Part shown: piece by piece, positions 60,376 through 64,000 of the stretch
How positions within the stretch are numbered: the first letter of the stretch is position 1
Layout: the number at the start of each line of letters is the position of its first letter
Assembly: GCA_018675975.1 (NCBI GenBank)
Contig: JABGXB010000003.1
Span: forward strand, 267,821 to 331,820
Reading direction: 5' to 3'
Length of the DNA stretch: 64,000 bases
Origin: Candidatus Woesearchaeota archaeon
GTDB taxonomy: Archaea > Nanobdellota > Nanobdellia > Woesearchaeales > JABGXB01
Position numbers and translations under genes: made by a program
Notes under the pieces: generated by a model
What the model saw: only the letters and a program-made list of their open reading frames with translations
Databases searched by the model: none
Told to the model about the DNA's origin: nothing

Positions 60376-61878
60376 TTATTTAAATGAATAAGGATCAGCT
60401 AATTTTAAAAAATTATTAATTTGATTTAATTTAATGTTTGTATATGAATATACTCTAAATAGAATTTCATTTTTTTTAACTTTATCATTTTGTTTTTTTA
60501 ATAAATAAACACCACATCCTTTATGACTTGGAGCTCCAGCCATTTTTGCAATTTTACTTATAATTTTATTATCAATTTGTTTTACAATACCAGATTTATT
60601 TGATTTAACTTCATATATACATTTTGATAATTTATTTTTTAAATTATTAGTGCCATTTATTTTTTTCCCACCTTGTGCCACAATTATTTCATTAAATTTA
60701 TCAAATGCTTTATTAGAATATAAAATGTCACGAGCTACAATTTCACCTTGACCTTTTTTATATAAACCACCAAGCTCTAACATATTACCAGCTAATTTAA
60801 TACTTTTATCAATTAAATCTTTTAAATGATCATGTTGATTTTTTAATACATCATAAACATCGATTGCCTCTAAAACGGGACCCAAACCACAACCAATTGG
60901 ATTTTTTCCATCAGTTAAAACAGCATGAACATTTAGTCCAATTGAATGTCCTACTTTTTCAAAATCAGATTTTAATGAAAGTGCGTCTTTTTTTGAGCTT
61001 ATTTTAGAACCCATCCCATAAGGAATATCAATTAATACTTTATTACTACTAACACTTCTTTTTTTGGATAAAACTGAAGCTATTAATTGACCTCTTGGAT
61101 CTAAAGAAAGAGGATGTTCAACATTAATTATTATATCATCTGCAGGAGCTAAATCTAAAGCCCCACCCCATGTAATACATGCACCAGTTTTTTTTACAAC
61201 TTTTTTCATTTTAGAAATATCTAAATCTACATTAGTAAAAACTTCAAATGTATCTGCAGTACCAGCAGGAGATGTAATTGAACGTGAAGAAGTTTTAGGA
61301 ACTACATAACCTGCAACTGCTAATATTGGAACAACAATCATTGTAGTTCTATTTCCAGCAACACCACCTATACAATGCTTATCAATCACATTTTTAGAAC
61401 CAAATTTAATTATTTTACCAGTTTCAACCATGGATTTAGTTAATGCAATTGTTTCATCTAAATTTAAAGGATTACAATAACAAGCACTAACAAAATATGT
61501 AATTTCAACTTCAGTTAATATATTGTCTTTTATATCATTAATAATTTTTGTAAATTGATCTTTATTTAATCTTTCACCTTGTAATTTCTTTTTAATATAA
61601 TTTAATGTAATAGGTTCATTAATGTGAAATAATCTAACAATATCATTATGTTTTAAATTTAATTTTTCTCTTACTTCATCTAATACACCAACTTGGCCAT
61701 TTTTTAAAAAATCCGAATCAATTATATCAACCATAGCAATAAGTTCTTTTTTATTAAATCTAATACCCATTCTACTTTTTGGAGGAATATTTAATTTTGC
61801 ACAATCATATTTAGTTAAATATACTACTAAAGGACCACCAGTTTTAATTTTAATTTTTTTTATTTTAAAGTACATCAT
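60376..61878 (-). CDS. AMP phosphorylase (archaeal DeoA-like, thymidine phosphorylase family)
   Basis: 500 aa; pyrimidine-nucleoside phosphorylase core (HCIGGVAGNRTTMIVVPILAVAG ... TSSRSITSPAGTADTFEV) plus the roughly 80-aa N-terminal domain typical of archaeal AMP phosphorylase. Confidence 0.7.
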   Translation of the reverse strand: MMYFKIKKIKIKTGGPLVVYLTKYDCAKLNIPPKSRMGIRFNKKELIAMVDIIDSDFLKNGQVGVLDEVREKLNLKHNDIVRLFHINEPITLNYIKKKLQGERLNKDQFTKIINDIKDNILTEVEITYFVSACYCNPLNLDETIALTKSMVETGKIIKFGSKNVIDKHCIGGVAGNRTTMIVVPILAVAGYVVPKTSSRSITSPAGTADTFEVFTNVDLDISKMKKVVKKTGACITWGGALDLAPADDIIINVEHPLSLDPRGQLIASVLSKKRSVSSNKVLIDIPYGMGSKISSKKDALSLKSDFEKVGHSIGLNVHAVLTDGKNPIGCGLGPVLEAIDVYDVLKNQHDHLKDLIDKSIKLAGNMLELGGLYKKGQGEIVARDILYSNKAFDKFNEIIVAQGGKKINGTNNLKNKLSKCIYEVKSNKSGIVKQIDNKIISKIAKMAGAPSHKGCGVYLLKKQNDKVKKNEILFRVYSYTNIKLNQINNFLKLADPYSFK

Positions 61879-62942
61879 TTTCCATTTGCTTTATTCATTT
61901 TAAAATAAATTTTCATTAAGTTATAGGTAATAATTACAATAAACGGACCTATTATCAAACCACTTAGTCCAAAAATTGAAAGACCACCTAATACACCTAA
62001 AATAATAAAGTATACATCAATTAAAACTAAGTTTGCCATTACTTTTGGTTTTATTATATTATCAATAGAACCAACAATAACACCACCTATGAAAATAATG
62101 ATTGCATCTGAAAAATATGGAATTCCTGTTGACATACCAAATAAAACTTTAAAAATTAAAAGTGGCATCCAAATAAGACCCGTACCCAAAAAAGGAATTG
62201 ATCCTAAAAGACCAGTTAAAATACCAAACACTATGGGGTATTCTATATTTGCTAAATAATAAGCAAAACCTGCAATAATTGCCTGTATAAATGCAGTTAA
62301 TAAAAATCCAAATGTAAAACCTTTTAATAAATTATGAAATTCCTTAAACAAGTTTTTAGTATCTTTTGAATTTAATGGACTCAATTTACATATTGCCTTA
62401 TAAATTTCTAATTTTTTTGATAAAAAATACCACATTGATAAAAATGTTAAAAATAAAAATAACATTAAATCTGGAAGTAATAATATAAATTTTGAAAATA
62501 TATTAAATGAATTTTCTAAAAATCCTGAACCACTTTTATTTTTTGAATTAAATATATCAGACAAATACCTTTGTGCAGTAATATCATCTCTTAAAGCATC
62601 AAATTTAATAACAATATCACATAAAAAATCTCCTTCACAAGTTGTTATTTCCCCTCTAGCATATTTTTGAATTGTATTAATTGAATTATCAATTTTAAAA
62701 AAAAATGATTGTGTAATAAAATAAATTATTAATAATATAATAAAAATTGTTAAAAATGTAATAAATGCAGATCTATAATCTTTATCTTTAATGAAAGTAA
62801 ATCTATCTTGAAGTGGACTAAAAATAAAAGTTAAAAATGCACCAAAAACTATAGCAGCTAAAAAACTTGAAAATAGCCAAATTGAAAGAACTAAAAATAC
62901 AATCAAAAGTAAATTTACAGATTTTTTTCTATCGATATTCAC
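61875..62942 (-). CDS. AI-2E family (PerM/UPF0118) membrane transporter, second paralog
   Basis: 355 aa; GILTGLLGSIPFLGTGLIWMP family motif; its stop overlaps the AMP phosphorylase start by 4 nt. Confidence 0.65.
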   Translation of the reverse strand: MNIDRKKSVNLLLIVFLVLSIWLFSSFLAAIVFGAFLTFIFSPLQDRFTFIKDKDYRSAFITFLTIFIILLIIYFITQSFFFKIDNSINTIQKYARGEITTCEGDFLCDIVIKFDALRDDITAQRYLSDIFNSKNKSGSGFLENSFNIFSKFILLLPDLMLFLFLTFLSMWYFLSKKLEIYKAICKLSPLNSKDTKNLFKEFHNLLKGFTFGFLLTAFIQAIIAGFAYYLANIEYPIVFGILTGLLGSIPFLGTGLIWMPLLIFKVLFGMSTGIPYFSDAIIIFIGGVIVGSIDNIIKPKVMANLVLIDVYFIILGVLGGLSIFGLSGLIIGPFIVIITYNLMKIYFKMNKANGK

Positions 62943-62955
62943 ACCTCTTTCAACA

Positions 62956-63027
62956 TGGACCTAGCCGGGATCGAACCGGCGATCTTTACTAAGTCAAAGT
63001 AACGTCATACCACTAGACCATAGGTCC
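62956..63027 (-). tRNA. tRNA-Asp (GTC)
   Basis: Reverse complement: acceptor ggaccta/taggtcc, anticodon stem ttact/agtaa with loop ttGACtt, T-arm gccgg ttcgatc ccggc. Confidence 0.8.
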
Positions 63028-63077
63028 TTAATTATATTCTAATATATTTGTTTATAAGAATATCGAATAAAATAAAA

Positions 63078-63160
63078 ACGCCGAGACTGAGATTCGAACT
63101 CAGAATCCCTTACGGGACAAGCTTTCAAGGCTTGCGCAATACCAGATTATGCGATCTCGG
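63078..63160 (-). tRNA. tRNA-Ser (TGA)
   Basis: Reverse complement: acceptor gccgaga/tctcggc, anticodon stem caagc/gcttg with loop ctTGAaa, long variable arm tcccgtaagggat, T-arm ctgag ttcgaat ctcag. Confidence 0.8.
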
Positions 63161-63201
63161 CAACGTTTTTGACGAATCGCGACCATTAATGAAATTAATG
63201 A

Positions 63202-63216
63202 CATGCGATCTCGGCA
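63202..63216. repeat. exact 15-bp copy of the 5'-terminal segment of tRNA-Ser(TGA) (atgcgatctcggcaa; original 63148..63162), with a small tandem attaatga x2 beside it
   Basis: Read directly; 54 bp upstream (in the tRNA's sense) of the tRNA 5' end. Confidence 0.8.
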
Positions 63217-63255
63217 ATCTTAAATACATTCTCAAAAATTATTGTTTTTATAAAA

Positions 63256-64000
63256 TTAATGACTTTTTGCAATATAAACCACATGTTTTGCAGGTTTACC
63301 ACAAACAATACAATTACAAAATACTTCCTCATTTTTATTAAACCAAACACCTCTTACTTCAGCTTTTGTTTCTTTTTCAATTACTCCAGCACATTCCGCA
63401 CCATCCATATCAATTGAACAAAATGAAGTTCTTATCATTTTACCATCATCAATATTTTTTTTAATATCATTTTTATTTTGAACATCTATTACAGTTTTAT
63501 CAAATACTTCATCTGCTTGAGAAATCATATTTTGAGTAAAAGTTTCTTTAATTGAATTAATATGAGGAATTAAATCATTCATTGAAACAGTATTTTTTTC
63601 AGATATGTCTCTTCTAAAAATAATAATTTGATTATTTTCAACATCACGCGGACCAACTTCAATTCTTATAGGAACACCTTTTAATTCCCAATGATTATAT
63701 TTGTAACCCGGGCTAAATTCTTTTCTATCATCAATTTTAACAGAATAATTTAATTTTTCTAATTGATTTTTTATTAACTCCACTCTAGAATCTACAATAT
63801 CAAATTTATTTTTAAAATAAATTGGAATAATTATTATTTGTAATGGAGCTATATCCCAAGGTAATTTTAAACCAGTATCATCACCATGAAATGTTATTAA
63901 AGCACCATAATTTCTAGAATGACATGGACCATAACAAGTAATCCAACCTAATTTTTCACTTTCATCCTTATCTTTAAATTTAACATTAAATGCCTCACTA
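63256..64000 (-). CDS. proS: prolyl-tRNA synthetase, archaeal/eukaryotic type (C-terminal part; gene continues beyond the window end)
   Basis: Anticodon-binding domain SPGYKYNHWELKGVPIRIEVGPRD, C-terminal Zn-binding domain ending ...YIAKSH; the same frame stays open upstream of the listed Met to position 64000, encoding class II catalytic-core sequence (...CYGPCHSRNYGALITFHGDDTGLKLPWDIAPLQ...). Confidence 0.8.
   Translation of the reverse strand, partial: SEAFNVKFKDKDESEKLGWITCYGPCHSRNYGALITFHGDDTGLKLPWDIAPLQIIIIPIYFKNKFDIVDSRVELIKNQLEKLNYSVKIDDRKEFSPGYKYNHWELKGVPIRIEVGPRDVENNQIIIFRRDISEKNTVSMNDLIPHINSIKETFTQNMISQADEVFDKTVIDVQNKNDIKKNIDDGKMIRTSFCSIDMDGAECAGVIEKETKAEVRGVWFNKNEEVFCNCIVCGKPAKHVVYIAKSH

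Noticed and set aside
63048-63341. 97-aa ORF on the plus strand
   Set aside because: It overlaps the minus-strand tRNA-Ser and its repeat region, and its composition is dictated by the tRNA sequence. It is judged spurious.
1-64000. CRISPR arrays, rRNA genes, transposases or integrases
   Set aside because: No regularly spaced direct repeats, no rRNA-like conserved blocks and no transposase or integrase motifs were seen anywhere in the window. Only short repeats tied to tRNA ends and one gene-end duplication were found.

Overview
This 64-kb window is a very AT-rich (roughly 25% GC), densely packed contig of clearly archaeal character. The archaeal call is an inference from gene content: GatD/GatE, Pth2, Spt5, an archaeal-type initiator tRNA, Cdc48, FtsZ, a class II RNR with an intein, and an archaeal-type ProRS. 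The AT bias, small gene sizes, many N-glycosylation-sequon-rich surface proteins and nucleotide-salvage genes are compatible with a reduced-genome, possibly symbiotic (DPANN-like) archaeon. No rRNA and no CRISPR array were seen. Most of the window is housekeeping: a consolidated Fe-S locus (bolA, a CGFS glutaredoxin, an HTH regulator, sufB-sufD-sufS-sufC and a sufT-like gene), gatD-gatE, Cdc48, an FKBP, FtsZ, Spt5, a U32 peptidase plus ferredoxin pair, nrdR-nrdJ with a LAGLIDADG intein, Pth2, AMP phosphorylase and ProRS, together with five tRNAs. The most interesting part is an uncharacterised, translationally coupled three-gene cassette at 29.3-32.9 kb: a large His-rich unknown protein, a ParB/Srx-fold (DGxHR) protein, and a thymidylate-kinase-like P-loop kinase fused to a GmhB/PNKP-type HAD-IIIA phosphatase. 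It sits immediately upstream of the NrdR-box-controlled nrdR-nrdJ operon. I propose it as a candidate novel system for nucleic-acid end healing or for DNA or nucleotide modification. Other notable signals are duplicated tRNA-Ser terminal fragments, a gene-3'-end duplication flanking a small insert, tandem giant glycoprotein paralogs, a Cys-repeat/NQ-rich surface protein, and several unknown proteins next to tRNA genes. All functional calls are made from motifs recognised by eye in the translated sequence; no database searches were run.
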